NCBI GenBank assembly: GCA_964016885.1
Contig: CAXHJY010000825.1
Span: 9,030-73,029, forward strand
DNA length: 64,000 nucleotides
Source of the DNA: Eledone cirrhosa
Lineage: Eukaryota
Direction: 5' to 3'
Part shown: positions 31,601-43,879 of the stretch, piece by piece
Position numbering within the stretch: the stretch's first letter is position 1
Layout of the letters: each line of letters starts with the position of its first letter
Program-made: the position numbers and the translations under genes
The notes under the pieces: generated by a model
Seen by the model: only the letters and a program-made list of their open reading frames with translations
What the model was told of the DNA's origin: nothing
Databases searched by the model: none

Positions 31601-33277
31601 CTAGTGCTAGTGACACGAAGGCCATAGAAACCCTTCCAAACAAAGACACGACAACCTCCCTAGTGCTAGTGACACGAAGGCCATAGAAACCCTTCCAAAC
31701 AAAGACACGACAACCTCCCTAGTGCTAGTGACACGAAGGCCATAGAAACCCTTCCAAACAAAGACACGACAACCTCCCTAGTGCTAGTGACACGAAGGCC
31801 ATAGAAACCCTTCCAAACAAAGACACGACAACCTCCCTAGTGCTAGTGACACGAAGGCCATAGAAACCCTTCCAAACAAAGACACGACAACCTCCCTAGT
31901 GCTAGTGACACGAAGGCCATAGAAACCCTTCCAAACAAAGACACGACAACCTCCCTAGTGCTAGTGACACGAAGGCCATAGAAACCCTTCCAAACAAAGA
32001 CACGACAACCTCCCTAGTGCTAGTGACACGAAGGCCATAGAAACCCTTCCAAACAAAGACACGACAAACTCCCTAGTGCTAGTGATATGAAGGGCATCAA
32101 GCCATAGAAACCCTTCCAAACAAAGACATGACAACCTCCCTAGTGCTAGTGACACGAAAGCCATAGAAACCCTTCCAAACAAAGACATGACAACCTCCCT
32201 AGTGCTAGTGACACGAAGGCCATAGAAACCCTTCCAAACAAAGACATGACAACCTCCCTAGTGCTAGTGACACGAAGGCCATAGAAACCCTTCCAAACAA
32301 AGACACGACAACCTCCCTAGTGCTAGTGACACGAAGGCCATAGAAACCCTTCCAAACAAAGACACGACAACCTCCCTAGTGCTAGTGACACGAAGGCCAT
32401 AGAAACCCTTCCAAACAAAGACACGACAACCTCCCTAGTGCTAGTGACACGAAGGCCATAGAAACCCTTTCAAACAAAGACACGACAACCTCCCTAGTGC
32501 TAGTGACACGAAGGCCATAGAAACCCTTCCAAACAAAGACACGACAAACTCCCTAGTGCTAGTGATATGAAGGGCATCAAGCCATAGAAACCCTTCCAAA
32601 CAAAGACATGACAACCTCCCTAGTGCTAGTGACACGAAAGCCATAGAAACCCTTCCAAACAAAGACATGACAACCTCCCTAGTGCTAGTGACACGAAGGC
32701 CATAGAAACCCTTCCAAACAAAGACATGACAACTTCCCTAGTGCTAGTGACACGAAGGCCATAGAAACCCTTCCAAACAAAGACACGACAACCTCCCTAG
32801 TGCTAGTGACACGAAGGCCATAGAAACCCTTCCAAACAAAGACATGACAACCTCCCTAGTGCTAGTGACACGAAGGCCATAGAAACCCTTCCAAACAAAG
32901 ACACGACAACCTCCCTAGTGCTAGTGACACGAAGGCCATAGAAACCCTTCCAAACAAAGACATGACAACCTCCCTAGTGCTAGTGACACGAAGGCCATAG
33001 AAACCCTTCCAAACAAACACATGACAACCTCCCTAGTGCTAGTGATACGAAGGCCATAGTAACCCTTCCAAACAAACACATGACAACCTCCCTAGTGCTA
33101 GTGATATGAAGGGCATCAAGCCATAGAAACCCTTCCAAACAAACACATGACAACCTCCCTAGTGCTAGTGATATGAAGGGTATCAGGCCATAGAAACCCT
33201 TCCAAACAAACACATGACAACCTCCCTAGTGCTAGTGATATGAAGGGCATCAGGCCATAGAAACCCTGCCAAACAAA
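28622..33277. repeat. 59-bp satellite, ~78 copies, with 53- and 67-bp variant units
   Basis: Unit GACATGACAACCTCCCTAGTGCTAGTGACACGAAGGCCATAGAAACCCTTCCAAACAAA; no unique spacers. Confidence 0.97.
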
Positions 33278-33529
33278 GGATTGAGAGGACCCTTCAGTTG
33301 TGACAGACATGCATGGCAACCTCCCTAGTGCTGGTGTAGGGACATAAGTGAGATAAAGGCTTCCAGCCTACCATGGGGTCACTTCCGTCACTTTGGGTAC
33401 CAACTTGGTCAGCTGACAACCTCTACAACTCTTGCTAATTGGGAACATGGATCTTAAATTACGATGATACCATATAACTTTCACACACTCACTCACACAC
33501 ACACACTCGCACACACACACAATCACACA

Positions 33530-33591
<62 letters not shown>

Positions 33592-34629
33592 TCTTTGTCT
33601 CACCCACCTCTGTTACACATATTCTCTCTGAACATCTCCCTCTCTCTCTCCCTCCCTCTCTCTCTCCCTCCCTCTCTCTCTCCCTCTCCCCCTCCCTCTC
33701 TCTCTCCCTCTCCCCTCTCTCTCCACGCCACCCTCTCTCCCCTCTCTCCACGCCACCCTCTCTCCCCTCTCTCCACGCCACCCTCTCTCCCTCTCTCTCC
33801 ACGCCACCCTCTCTCCCTCTCTCATCTCTCTCCACGCCACCCTCTCTCTCCCTCTCTCTCCACGCCACCCTCTCTCTCCACGCCACCCTCTCTCCCTCTC
33901 TCCTCTCTCTCCACGCCACCCTCTCTCGACCATTCCATGCCCCCCCCCCCCTCCCACCATCACAATAACCACCACCATCACAATAATCACCAACATCACA
34001 ATAACCACCACCACCACCACCACAATAACCACCATCACAATAATCAAAACCTCAATCTATAAAGCTGTCACCGTCCCCTCTCCCTCTCATCTCTCCCCCA
34101 CCCTCCTATCTTCCACTTTAATTAAACCAGACTAACTGTCTCTTTATTCCTTCTCCATTCATTATTAGAATTTCGGAGGAAATTAGATGACTTTTTAGTT
34201 TTATTTTCTTAAAAAATAACAGAAACGAAACGAATCACTACCACCACCACCACCACCAATAGTGATAGCACCACCACCACCAATAGTAAACCACCAACAC
34301 CACCAACACCACCACCACTACCACCACCACCACCAATAGTAATAGCACCACCACCACCAATAGTGATAGCACCACCACCACCACCACCACCAACAGTAAC
34401 AACACCAACACCACGACAAATAGTAGTAACACCACCACCACCACTACCAATAGTATCACCACCACCAACAGTAACAACACCAACACCACGACAAATAGTA
34501 GTAACACCAACACCACTACCACCACAACCACCACCACCACCGATAGTAGCAGTAACAGTAACACCACCAACACCACCACCACCAACAACAACAACAGTAG
34601 TAGTAGTAGTACCACCACTACATCATCAA

Positions 34630-34664
<35 letters not shown>

Positions 34665-36015
34665 ACACCACCACTACCAACAGTAGTAATATTAATAAAA
34701 ACAATCTCTTATCTTTCCCTTCTTCCATTAACTGTGGGACGATAACATATCCTCACATTTCTCTGGTAAACAAAGTTGATGGACTGAAGCAGATTTTCGG
34801 GTCTCTCTCCCTCTCTCTACCTCTTTTTTTCTTATTCTCTGTCTCTCCCTCAACCCCCCTGTCTCTCTCTCTCTCTCTCTACCTGTCTCTACCTCTCCCT
34901 TTTCCTCTCTCTCTCTACATTCAATCGTCATTTTTTCTAAGGAAATCTAAATTTTTCATTTAAAGCAGAGTTGTTTAAAAAAGTCGACACGGAAATCGTT
35001 TTCGTCGCCGATGGGGTGGATGTAAAAAGATGCGGAAAACGAAAATAGCTCGGAATAACACTAAAGTCAAACGTTTAACTTACTTATATAATTATTTCTT
35101 TATTACCACAATAATAATAATACTATTTTTACATGTTTCAGTCTTAAGATTGCGGCAATGCTGGGGCAATGCCTTCATAGGGAAATAGTTTTCCTTGACA
35201 AGAGGAGAATGGGGAGTGTATGTAAAAAGATGCGGAAAACGAAAACATCAAATTGACAGTTGATCATATTTATGGAATAATTTTATTAAAAAAAAAATAA
35301 ACAAAACAGTTTGTATTTGTAAATATTAGAGGACTGAATTGACGACGAATAGTATACGTGGTGGACCAGAAACTTGCTAGAAATAGCCGCCAAACCATTT
35401 ATTTGTAGTTTTTGTAGTATAGCCTATGTAATGTATATATTTTTTCTTTGTAATGAAAGACACTGCCTTTAAATTGGGAACATAACTTAACAAAGGATTT
35501 TATATAAAATTATGTTGGATTTTTTTTTTTTTTTTACATAAATATAAACATCTTAACTATTTTATTACCGTATTTCTAATGAAGTGATTTAGTAATATAA
35601 TTTTCTCATTTGGAACATAACTTAACAAAGGTTCTTAAGGTTTTTGTTTTAGATGAACAGTTATGTATCGTAAAAAAAGGATGGTTTCAGGCTGGTATAA
35701 AAAAAAGGGTTTAGTATAATAGAGCTTATGTCATCAACTTTCGAAATGATCGATTTTTAATTCGACTTAAGTAAGTAAAATGAAAAGAATTTAATTATTC
35801 TTATTTACCGTTCTTTTTTTATTTTTTATTCCTCTCAATTCCGTGAATTATAATAGTTGTTGTAATGCAGTCAACACAATAATGTCATTTGTTGACTATT
35901 TAATTTGGGTGGTGGTGGGGGTGAGGGTAGTGGGGGTGGTTGTGGTGGTGTTTGGAACGCTCTCTGTGTTTGTGTGGTTGAGTCAGTGACAGTCTCTCTC
36001 TCTCTATATATATAT

Positions 36016-36160
36016 AAGGGTGAAAGCAGCGATTCTTTGCTTAAACTTTAATCTGTTATTTTAATAAATATTTGCTCTACGGTTTTTATATATCTGATAT
36101 ATATTTATCCTTATCGAGCCCTCTTTGGATTTTAGTCTTCAAATTTATTATTATTACTAT
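36016..36160 (+). mobile_element. Penelope-like pLTR remnant carrying the 3' half of a hammerhead; same family as 55572-55810
   Basis: Near-identical reverse complement of 55572-55716; begins AAGGGTGAAAGCAGCGATTCTTTGCTTAAACT and is flanked by (TA)n. Confidence 0.6.
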
Positions 36161-36197
36161 ATATGTATGTATGTATGTATAAAACTGATCTATATTA

Positions 36198-36262
36198 TAT
36201 TTTATCTGATGAAAGCACACCATAATTTAACTTGGTGTCCTTGAAATATGTATAATGAAATA
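36198..36262 (+). ncRNA. Type-I hammerhead ribozyme (intact core, minimal stem III)
   Basis: TATTTTAT-CTGATGA-AAGcACACC(12-nt loop)GGTGTcCTT-GAAA-TATGTA-TA-ATGAAATA. Stem I is 8 bp; predicted AUA cleavage after 36254. Confidence 0.7.
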
Positions 36263-36439
36263 AATATGGTTTTATAAATATAGTTTCCATTTGTTAATAT
36301 CGTATATATATATATGTGTGTCAATGGCTGTATGCCAGTGTGACAGTATATATATATGTATGTCTGTATGTGTGTCTACATCCTCCCTCTACCACTAGAA
36401 CTCTTAAGAATCTCTCCCTTATCTCTCCAATATTACATG

Positions 36440-37290
36440 TTTGTCATCTCTCAATTCAGCGAAGTAGTGACTCTACCTGGAGTGACACTCTGATCTCCGA
36501 GCTACGCACTCTATCGAGTAACGTTACTCCAAAGACCCTTCGGAGGAATTCCATTTCAGCAGCTGGCATTCCCAATCGTATTCTTTCGGTCATTACCCAA
36601 GATTCATGACCCTAGGTAAGGGTTAGCACAAATACCGAATTGAAGATAGCGGGTTTATCTTTTACACCTAGCTCCCTTCTGATTACTGAATGCTGAAGCT
36701 GACACATTACTGCACCAGCTCCTGTAATTCTTGCACTTATTTCAGTCTCCTACCTTCCATCACTCGTGAACACGGCCCCGAGATACTTGAACTTCTCTAC
36801 CTGCTTCAGGGGAACTCCATTCACATGTAGAGTGCACTGCGTAGGCGTCCTTTGGAGGACGAGTTTCTCTGTTTTCGCAGCACGGATTTTCAGTCTAACC
36901 ATGCAGCACTTGACATCAAACCTATCAAGGGCAAGTTGAAGATCACCTGTCATCTGCAAATTCCAGCCGACTGATTTTTACCCCCGCTAGTGATGGCACC
37001 ACTTCCAACCCAGATGCACATGTAAATATTTGTTTCTACATTTGGCACAAGGCCAGCAATTATCTCAGTGTATTACTGGTGCTTTATTTTATCCACCTCG
37101 GTGGGATTTGAACTTAGATCATAAAAAAAGTCCTATCATAACTCTATGTTGCAAAGCATGGCGTCCGACCCTCTACCAATACTGCACCAATTCACTGCCA
37201 TTCATGTAAATAATGAGAAGGAGATGTGACAGTTTGGACTCTTGGTGGAGTCCAATTTCCACATTGTATGGCTTCGATTTAGCACCATTA
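36440..37290 (-). mobile_element. Decayed RTE (Rex3/Expander-like) RT fragment interrupted by a SINE
   Basis: NVEIGLHQESKLSHLLLIIYM (RT motif remnant) and DLQLALDRF...PLKQVEKFKYLGAVFTSDGR; stop codons present. Confidence 0.8.
37030..37200 (-). mobile_element. SINE family C, internally deleted copy
   Basis: TGTTTCTAC..TGGCACAAGGCCAGCAATT...GCATGGCGTCCGACCCTCTACC. Confidence 0.8.
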
Positions 37291-37291
37291 A

Positions 37292-37531
37292 CACGGCAAA
37301 AAAGCACCCAGCCCACACTGTAAAGTGGACGTGTAGGCGCCACGAAAAAGCACCCAGCACTCACTGTAAATGAGGTTGGTGTTAGGAAGGGCATCCAGCT
37401 GTAGAAATCAAGCTAAATCAGTTCCTGTATGAGCAAGGCATGGTCAGCCGACCAGACACTGCCCACAACAGGACAACCCGTCTAACCCATGCTAGCGTGG
37501 AAGAACGGACGTAAAACGGTGATGATGATGA
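37292..37531 (+). mobile_element. RTE-type 3' tail (5'-truncated SINE or LINE), long-tail variant
   Basis: AAAAAGCACCCAGC..GTGTTAGGAAGGGCATCCAGCTGTAG...GGACAACCCGTCTAACCCATGC..(GAT)n; same tail as 59700-59895. Confidence 0.85.
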
Positions 37532-37861
37532 ACACAAATACTTGGGCATTCATATCAAGACATCAGGGCAGCTAGGAGCTGACCACCAACCCCATACTCT
37601 TGCACAACCTACCACAGCAGGTCCCAACGAACGCAGTCATATACATTTTCAAGGTCAGGTTTCCAAACATAAAATGTATTTGTTGTCATTTTTTTAATTT
37701 AGTTTTATGCCTGAAAATACAGACATTACCAAATGAAAGTTGTAGACTGGCTGAATTAACACACACACACACTGTACATGAGTGTGTATATATCTGAGTG
37801 TGTGTGTCTATATATGTGTGGGTATATATATATATATATATACCCACCCGGGACCTACGTA

Positions 37862-38092
37862 TACTCTTTTACTCTTTTACCTGTTTCAGCCATCCGGCTG
37901 AGGCCATGCTGGGGCACCGCCCTTGTTGCTACACATTTTATCTCCAGCCTGTATAGGTTGGCCACTTAGGTTTCCCTCGTGTCTTGCTGTGGGCTCATCC
38001 GGGGTCCTGGATAACAAGGTGTCGAGATGTTTCTTAAAGACATCCACCTCCACGTCATGCAAGTCTCGCAGATGCCTCGGCAGCCTGTTGAT
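37862..38092 (-). mobile_element. CR1-clade LINE 3' end
   Basis: Minus strand translates NRLPRHLRDLHDVEVDVFKKHLDTLLSRTPDEP...GGAPAWPQPDG*, followed by a tandem GTAAAAGA tail. A related tail lies at 35128-35172. Confidence 0.8.
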
Positions 38093-38104
38093 ATATATAT
38101 ATAC

Positions 38105-38149
<45 letters not shown>

Positions 38150-38150
<1 letters not shown>

Positions 38151-38270
38151 GTAGGTCCCGGGTTGAGTCGGGGATAACCACAGTAAGTAAGGTACTCAAT
38201 ACATGGCAGAGTAAAATATATTTATTGTATAGAAGGAGCTTCTACAGGACTAGTACTGTATTTAGATACA
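38150..38270 (-). mobile_element. Penelope-like pLTR remnant (family of 38975-39103)
   Basis: Reverse-complement homology to 38998-39103 (GTATTGAGTACCTTACTTACTGTGGTTA). Confidence 0.6.
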
Positions 38271-38394
38271 CAGGACCACAACATGGCACAGGCCGTTTTT
38301 TCTTTGGGGAGTGGTCAATTAGCCAGAGTGCTTTTGTAAAATAAAAGGAAAAGAAAAAGTAAATAAATAAATAAAAATAAATAAAAACCCCAAT

Positions 38395-38582
38395 AATTGT
38401 TTCTACTTTAGGCACAAGGCCAGCAATTACCCAGTGCATTACTGGTACTTTATTTTATCTACCCCGTAAGGATGAAAGGCAAAGTCAACCTCGGCAGGAT
38501 TTGAACTCAGATCGTAAAGGGACGTAACTATGCTGGAAAGCATGGCGTCCGACCCTCTACCGATACTGCCAATCCACCGCCC
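38395..38582 (-). mobile_element. SINE family C, full length, with TSD
   Basis: Family consensus; flanking AATAAAAACCCCAATAAT is duplicated. Confidence 0.9.
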
Positions 38583-38922
38583 AATAAAAACCCCAATAAT
38601 AGTAATTAAACAGATATATAGTAGGGAGATTTTTTTAGGTGGGTTGGTATTAGAAGATAAACAAGAAGGAATCATGGCACAGACTGAGGTGAGTGGTCAA
38701 GTTAACATACAAGCCACAGGTGGCCAGAGTGTTTTTGTAGAATGGAAAGAATAAAATATATTTACATACTCACAACCACATATATAAATACTTACACACA
38801 CATATATATATGCATATCTATACATATATATATATATACACACAAGAAAAACACATACACACAAATATACACACACACGCGCATATATATGCATACACAC
38901 ATGTATATATATATATATATAT

Positions 38923-39103
38923 AAGCTTCTACAGGACTAGAACTGTTTGATTCGTGAGATATCATCAGGAAGCTCTGATGATTTCTTACGAATGAAACAG
39001 TTGTAGTCTTGTAGAAGCTTTTCTATAATAAAACATTTATAATCTGCTATGTATTGAGTACCTTACTTACTGTGGTTACCTCCGATTCAATCCGGAATAA
39101 CCT
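38923..39103. mobile_element. Penelope-like fold-back: head-to-head inverted hammerhead pair plus pLTR remnant
   Basis: 46-bp imperfect arms at 38923-38968 and 38975-39020. Each arm reads CTGATGA-stem II-(G/C)AAA-CAG..(C/T)TG-TA-GAAGCT. Confidence 0.7.
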
Positions 39104-39628
39104 ATATATATATATATATATAGTTTTAATATAGATGAGATTCTACAGGACTAGAACTGTTTCTTCAGAAATCTGGCTTTCCAAAAATAAATGTTGTATT
39201 TATACCTCTTTTCAGGTGGTAGGAGAGGGTGGGGAGTGGAATGGATAGAGGTCATTGGTTGATAGAAAGGGAATTCATTAAAATCTGATTCTTTAAAGCT
39301 ATAATTTATATTTAGAGTGACAAAGGCAGAAAGAATTCTATAAACAAGTTCAGAATGGGGTGCCACTCCTTATTTTTAAGTTTCTCTTAAGCTAACAATG
39401 CCTATATTTCAGGTGTCTATGAGATCGTTGGGGGTCAATCATGGTTGTTGGATTTAAAGAAAAGGGAAATTCTTTAAAGTTCTACTTAGTGACAAAGGCC
39501 AAGAGAATTCTATAGACCAGTTCAAAATGTTGGGTGCCTATCATATCATTATCTTCAGATTTCTCAAGTTATATTCCAGGTGTCAACAGACACATTCACA
39601 AACACTCACACACACACACTCACATATG

Positions 39629-39843
39629 ATGAAGGCATGTGGCTGAGTGGTTAGAGGATTGGATTCACAATCTTGAGGTTGTGAGTTCGATTCCTGGACC
39701 GCGCGATGCGTTATGTCCTTGAGCAAGACACTTTATTTCACGTTGCTTCTACCTGGAGTTGCGACCGATAGATAGTATTAGCAACTGGAAAGGCCGACGA
39801 AAACATTGTTTCCTCGGTCCGATTTGATAAAAGTCGATCGATC
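39629..39843 (+). mobile_element. SINE family B, full length
   Basis: Colinear with 7932-8150. Confidence 0.87.
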
Positions 39844-39941
39844 CTTTTATTATATATTATAGATTATGATGATATATACTGCAGTACATGTTTGATATAA
39901 ATATCCAAGGTAAAAGCACTCAGTCGATAGGATGAGTTCAG

Positions 39942-40106
39942 TATAATTAGTTACAACAGTGACATATACAGGTTAGTTAAGTTTTGTTGGGTTATACACT
40001 CCCAACTCATACAACCTGTTAATCTTCATAACAGGGTGTATGAGTTGGGGTACATAACCCAACGAAACTTATGTACCTGTATATGTCCCTGTTGTAACTA
40101 ATTATA
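39942..40106. repeat. ~80-bp-arm fold-back containing an inverted pair of hammerhead-like motifs
   Basis: Arms TATAATTAGTTACAACAG...CCTGTTA and TAACAGG...CTGTTGTAACTAATTATA. The right arm reads ACAGG-GTGTATGA-GTTGGG..CCCAAC-GAAA-CTTATG-TA-CCTGT. Confidence 0.8.
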
Positions 40107-40121
40107 TATATATATACATAC

Positions 40122-40186
<65 letters not shown>

Positions 40187-40397
40187 AAAGTGAAACGACA
40201 GGAGGTCAAATTATAATACATTTGCTCCGTTTCCGCACCACCAACATGATTCAACATTGAAGATGGATGAGTTGCATAACGTTGAGTACTTTTCTCATAT
40301 TACATCAAGGTTAACATTGCAGAATTACCTATTCTACCCAGTAGTAAAGCAATATATAGATATAATCTGTGTTATAAATTTATAAATTACAACATAA

Positions 40398-40587
40398 CTG
40401 TTTCTACTTTTGGCACAAGGCCAGCAATTACCCAGTGTATTACTGGTACTTTATTTTATCGACGCCCGTAAGGATGAAAGGCAAAGTTAACCTCGGCGGG
40501 ATTTGAACTCAGAATGGCAAGGTCCGTAACTCTATGTGTCAAAGCATGGCGTCCGACCCTCTACCGATACTGCCAATCCACCGCCCT
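40398..40587 (-). mobile_element. SINE family C with 19-bp TSD
   Basis: TTATAAATTACAACATAAC at 40380 and 40588. Confidence 0.9.
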
Positions 40588-40675
40588 TTATAAATTACAA
40601 CATAACGATATTAAAACATATTGGCTACCACATTGTTCATAATATATATACCTTGTGCGTGTATGTTGATTATAT

Positions 40676-40864
40676 AATTGTTTCTACTTTAGGCACAAGG
40701 CCAGCAACTACCCAGTGCATTACTGGTACTTTATTTTATCGACCGCGTAAGGATGAAAGGCAAAGTCAACCTCGGCGGGATTTGAAATCAGATCGTAAAG
40801 GGACGTAACTATGCTGGAAAGCATGGCGTCCGACCCTCTACCGATACTCCCAATCCACCGCCTT
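40676..40864 (-). mobile_element. SINE family C with 16-bp TSD
   Basis: ATGTTGATTATATAAT on both sides. Confidence 0.9.
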
Positions 40865-40883
40865 CATGTTGATTATATAATAT

Positions 40884-41066
40884 ATCATCATCATCATCAT
40901 CATCATCATCATTTAACGTCTATCTTCCATGCTAGCATGGGTTTAGACGGGAATTGTCCTACGTGAGGTAAGATTGGTTGGGTGACCGTGTCTTGCTCGT
41001 ATAGGACTGTCTGGCAGGTTTTCTACGGGTGGATGTCCTTCCTAACACCAGCCATGTTTACAGTGT
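40884..41066 (-). mobile_element. 5'-truncated RTE 3' UTR copy
   Basis: (CAT)n followed by the reverse complement of approximately 1390-1545. Confidence 0.85.
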
Positions 41067-41071
41067 GTATA

Positions 41072-41114
<43 letters not shown>

Positions 41115-41249
41115 TAGCAGCCTGTGAAGGTGTGGTTGAAGCAAGTTTGTGTGGGGTGGGGTATGCCACCCACCCACCCACTCTCACTATATACTCTGAC
41201 ATGTAATTAAATTTATGACATAAATTAACACTAATTGATGTCTGTCTGT

Positions 41250-41561
41250 GTGTCTACTATATGTCTGTCACTGTGTGTGTGTGTGTGTCTGTATATATCT
41301 CACTGTGTGTGTGTGTGTGTCTGTATATATCTGTCACTGTGTGTGCCTGTATATATGTCTGTGTGTGTGTGCCTGTATATATATCTGTCACTGTGTGTGT
41401 GTGTGTGTGTGCCTGTATATATCTCAGTGTGTGTGTGTGTGTGTGTGCCTGTATATATCTGTCACTGTGTGTGCTTGTATATATGTCTGTGTGTGTGTGT
41501 GTGTGTGCCTGTATATATGTCTGTGTGTGTGTGTGTGTGTGTGTGCCTGTATATATATGTC

Positions 41562-41594
<33 letters not shown>

Positions 41595-41760
41595 CTGTAT
41601 ATATCTGTCACTGTGTGTGTGTGTGTGTGTGCCTGTATATATCTGTCACTGTGTGTGTGTGTGCCTGTATATGTCTCTGTGTGTGTGTGCCTGTATATAT
41701 CTCTCTGTGTGTGCCTGTATATATCTGTCACTGTGTGTGTGTGTGTGTGTGTGTATCTAT
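41250..41760. repeat. Minisatellite GCCTGTATATATCTGTCAC(TG)n
   Basis: Direct repeats. Confidence 0.88.
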
Positions 41761-41871
41761 ATATGTTTGTGTGTGAGTTTCTATGTACATCCGTCTGTGT
41801 GTGAGTTTCTATGTACATCCGTCTGTGTGTGTGTGTATGTCTAAACTAATTATATATCTATATACTACAGC

Positions 41872-41935
<64 letters not shown>

Positions 41936-42520
41936 CATGTGTTGACCTATAGTGTCCTGCCAACATCTGTTTCAGTATTGGCCACAATGTGTTTGTGTAA
42001 TGAAGGCTTACACACACACACACACACACTCACACTCACACTCACACACACACACACACTCACACTCACACACACACACACACTCACACACACACTCACA
42101 CTCACACATAACACTTCTAATTACACAATTATATGCTTATTCTTGTATATTATCTCTCCTCTCTTGCCCCTTCTATCCCCCCCCCCCCCGCGCCTCTCTT
42201 TTCCCCAACCCCCTCGACCCCATCTCTCTCCACCCCATCTCCCTTCACCCCCTTCTCTCCACCCCCTCTTGCTACCCCCTTCTCTCCTCCCCTCTCTATA
42301 ATAGCTATGTAGTTGTGTGTGTACCTATATATCTATGCACACACACACACACACACATAATAACCATGCCTGCTTAATTGCATGTTTATGTGTGTGTCTG
42401 CCTATATATGCATATATATGTATATGTATGTATATATATATATATAGATATATATGTATATATATGTATGTGTATGTATATATATATATATAGGAATATA
42501 TGTATGTATATATATATATG

Positions 42521-42572
<52 letters not shown>

Positions 42573-43464
42573 TATTAGCTATCTAATTAGTTATATATAC
42601 ATGTTCTCTCCCCCACTCCAATCTTGATATAGAGAAAAGTAATCAATTTTACCTTGTTAGACCTGTTCTTAGTTATGAGACTACTGTGCCAACATCACTG
42701 CCATCTCATACACCACCACCACCTCCTCTACTACTACACACCATCTCGTACACCACCACTACACACCATCTCATACACCACCACTACACACCATCTCGTA
42801 CACCACCACTACTTCTACACCACAACCACCAACACCACCGCTACACACCATCTCATACACCACCACTACTACACCACAACCACCAACACCACCGCTACAA
42901 CCACCAACACCACCGCTACAACCACCAACACCACCGCTACAACCACCAACACAACCGCTACAACCACCACCACCACTATCACCATTATATCAACCACAGT
43001 AAACAAATTAGAGAGCTAATTGTAGGACTTGGGCCTCTATTATGAAAACACCCAGTATAAATTTCCTTTGAGAGCTGTTAAGACTGCGGTCCCTGTCATT
43101 AAAACACTCCAGAAAAATATTATTGAATGCAGCTAAACCTATGTAAGTATGAGCTGTATAGGACTGGGGGGGGGGGGCCCCCTACCACTTTCGAAGGCCT
43201 GTGTAGATGTGAACTGTAACATGGTATGGCTGGGGTCCCTACCACTTTCGAAGGCCAGCTCAACCTGTGTAGATGTGAACTGTAGCGACTATAATATGGT
43301 TAATGGAAAAACACAATTTTAACCACCCAAATAGTGTAGGGATATACACCTAGTGAACCCTAAATTTCTCTTCAACCAATGGAGTAGATATACACAGCCA
43401 GTGAGCTAAAAAATTATGTTGAGGGTGGGGGAGATTATTCAAGACCTGAGAGTGTATCTATGTT

Positions 43465-43809
43465 ATCATCATCATCATCATCATCATTTTACGTCCACTT
43501 TTCCCTGCTTGCAAGGGTGGGGCGGGAACTGATTCTGGCATGATTTCTACAGCTGGATGCCCTTCCTAACACCAACCTCATTTACAGTGAGTGCTGGGTG
43601 CTTTTTTGCCGTGGCACCTCCACGACCACTTTGCAGTGGAATGATAGGGACCCCAGTCTCTATCATCTCATTTCTACAGCTGAGTAAACTGGAGCAATGT
43701 GAAATAAAGTGTCTTGCTCAAGGAAACAACACATCACCCGCTCTGAGAATTGAACTCACAACCTTTCGATAGCAAGCCCAATGCTCTAACCACTAAGCCA
43801 TGTGCCTCC
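43465..43809 (-). mobile_element. SINE family A, full length
   Basis: Reverse complement colinear with 55000-55347. Confidence 0.92.
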
Positions 43810-43816
43810 ATATACA

Positions 43817-43878
<62 letters not shown>

Positions 43879-43879
43879 C

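Noticed and set aside
28622-33277. CRISPR-like regular array
   Set aside because: Head-to-tail units with no unique spacers, no cas genes, eukaryotic context.
33372-33440. Possible short minus-strand host exon (AG...ATG|GTAGGC)
   Set aside because: Weak polypyrimidine tract, no recognisable peptide, no supporting neighbouring exons.
34960-35250. CpG-containing unique segment with duplicated TGTAAAAAGATGCGGAAAACGAAAA as a promoter
   Set aside because: No downstream gene or diagnostic element; cannot be supported from sequence alone.
37533-37660. Open frame starting KYLGIHI as a host exon
   Set aside because: Resembles a LINE RT thumb remnant and is too short to classify.
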